From positions 1-61,687 of the forward strand of contig JAEOTS010000028.1 in NCBI GenBank assembly GCA_016839745.1: DNA of 61,687 bases, written 5' to 3'. Source of the DNA: Promethearchaeota archaeon. Lineage in GTDB: Archaea; Asgardarchaeota; Lokiarchaeia; Sigyniarchaeales; SOKP01. This document shows, piece after piece, positions 60,233 to 61,687 of this stretch (the first letter of the stretch is position 1; each line of letters begins with the position of its first letter). Position numbers and translations under genes: made by a program. Under the pieces are notes generated by a model. That model was given only the letters and a program-made list of their open reading frames with translations, did not search any database and was not told the origin of the DNA.

Positions 60233-61687
60233 TTAAGTATATTTTCTTCCCGGAACCGGTTTAAATAATTCTTTAATAGTTGCTTTTAGTTTATTAAAAG
60301 GTCTTAAGTTTCCAGAAAAGGGGGTGTCTATTCCATGGTATAAAATAGGCTCTAATTGAGCTTCAACCTTATCTATCTTCTGTAAATTTCCTTCTGATAT
60401 GCAAGAAAGGAAATAGTCATTTTTATATTTTTTAAAAGTTAAGAAACGATATTTTTGAAATCCTAATTTAACAGCTATCCAACGAGGGTAAGCTCCTGTA
60501 TTTCCTAAAGTATTTGCCGCAATCGCTTCCACTTGCGCTGTCAGACGCGATTCTTTCATTTCCGCTTCTTCAGCTGGATCCTCAAATTCTCCGGGTACTT
60601 TAATATTCAATTGATTTTCGTCATCGAGTAAAATTGATATCACACCAATTGACATAGAAGATAAACCAATATAATCTAATCTAATCCAATCCTCTACATA
60701 AGGAATCTCTTGATCTGTAAATACATCTTCTAATTGCATGTATTCTTTAAAAATAAAAAGAAGATGCCCTTTAAACTTCTTCTCAATATCAAATTTATCT
60801 ATTTTGCTTAATTTGTTCACATCTTTTCCACCAACTAATTCTGAGAAATAATTCGCCATTTGCTCGAGAACCCATTTACCTTTTTTGTCTGGAAATCTTC
60901 CGTAAAGGATGTAAATTATATTATTCTTTTCAAGGAATTGACAGTTCTCTATTTCTTCGTTTTCAGATTTGAGGAGCATTTTGTCAAGGTCTCCACCTAA
61001 AATACTCGTGGCTATGAAATCTAAATTATTGGTTAATTCCAATAAATAAAGGAGTCTTTTGTTGCTTGCAAATAATGGAGTTCTATCAACTGAGGTTATT
61101 CCACAAAATTTTACGTACTCATTTCCTCCTTTTAGATCGATTTTATCAGCATCTAATGAAATAGCGGTCGTCCTCCCTTTTTTTCGTACACCTTGTATTT
61201 TTGAAGAAGCCGTTATGATTTTGGGTTTAAATGATTTAGGTTCGAGTTTTTTTGATTCAACATATGTGTAATCAACATATTGGAAAAGATTAGGTAAAAA
61301 TTTATTACATTTTGGGCAAAGCTGGTCTTTTGGATAAGGTTTTACGATCGTATATCCACAATTTACACATGCAACTTGATCTCCCATAATCGAGAATATT
61401 GGATTTAATCGGGTTGATCCCCGATCGAATTTCGGTTCAGCTTTAATTCTTTTCACTTTATTAGAGATAATAGGAATAGCGGTTTTTTCTTCAAGTGCGA
61501 CAGATTTATGGATTTCTGTTAGTTCACTTTCTTGATTTTTTAGTATTTTATTGCCACATTTGCTACAGTACAGATAATCATAAGAGAATATTGCTCCACA
61601 TACATTACAAACAAGTAAATCATTAGAAGTTGAAGTTTGTTCATCGGATAAAAATTTAATAACCGAATCTGGTTTCGTAAGATAATC
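60233..61687 (-). CDS. Zinc-ribbon plus longin/roadblock-like domain protein (5' part beyond window end)
   Basis: Frame stays open to the window edge, adding CNVC...CSKC to CVNC...CPKC; C-terminal half has two alpha/beta longin-like patterns. Confidence 0.65.
   Translation of the reverse strand, partial: DYLTKPDSVIKFLSDEQTSTSNDLLVCNVCGAIFSYDYLYCSKCGNKILKNQESELTEIHKSVALEEKTAIPIISNKVKRIKAEPKFDRGSTRLNPIFSIMGDQVACVNCGYTIVKPYPKDQLCPKCNKFLPNLFQYVDYTYVESKKLEPKSFKPKIITASSKIQGVRKKGRTTAISLDADKIDLKGGNEYVKFCGITSVDRTPLFASNKRLLYLLELTNNLDFIATSILGGDLDKMLLKSENEEIENCQFLEKNNIIYILYGRFPDKKGKWVLEQMANYFSELVGGKDVNKLSKIDKFDIEKKFKGHLLFIFKEYMQLEDVFTDQEIPYVEDWIRLDYIGLSSMSIGVISILLDDENQLNIKVPGEFEDPAEEAEMKESRLTAQVEAIAANTLGNTGAYPRWIAVKLGFQKYRFLTFKKYKNDYFLSCISEGNLQKIDKVEAQLEPILYHGIDTPFSGNLRPFNKLKATIKELFKPVPGRKYT

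Noticed and set aside
887-61271. Many 60-160 aa ORFs overlapping longer genes (e.g. 9090-9566, 13006-13434, 19045-19392, 46408-47925)
   Set aside because: Antisense or alternate-frame shadows of well-supported genes with no recognisable motifs.

Overview
AT-rich, gene-dense archaeal-type window, most consistent with an Asgard archaeon (Lokiarchaeia-like). This is inferred from Loki-CTERM-like sorting tails, longin/roadblock-like and 7TM-TIR proteins, GTGA-type ribosome-binding motifs and a eukaryote-like SECIS. It contains: (i) dispersed lysine-fermentation genes (kamA partial, kdd, kat-kce); (ii) a complete his operon with a His4-like HisIE and a HisA-HisF fusion; (iii) fatty-acid, aldehyde and alcohol catabolism genes (AOR, Fe-ADH, HADH, acyl-CoA ligase, MaoC, SDRs); (iv) large surface proteins (C25 gingipain-like, LamG/beta-helix) and a sialidase; (v) an MFS paralogue array with two remnants and a small-ORF/nucleotidyltransferase pair. 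The main signals missed by the ORF track concern translation. Two peroxiredoxin-like genes have an in-frame UGA in a UxxC motif (selenoproteins), each followed by a 3' hairpin, one of them a clear AUGA/AAA/GA SECIS. A third SECIS-like hairpin follows a MoaD/ubiquitin-like ORF reading ...Gly-Cys-UGA-UGA, a candidate new selenoprotein. Several genes appear to start at AUA or AUU codons. No rRNA, tRNA, CRISPR array or transposase was recognised.
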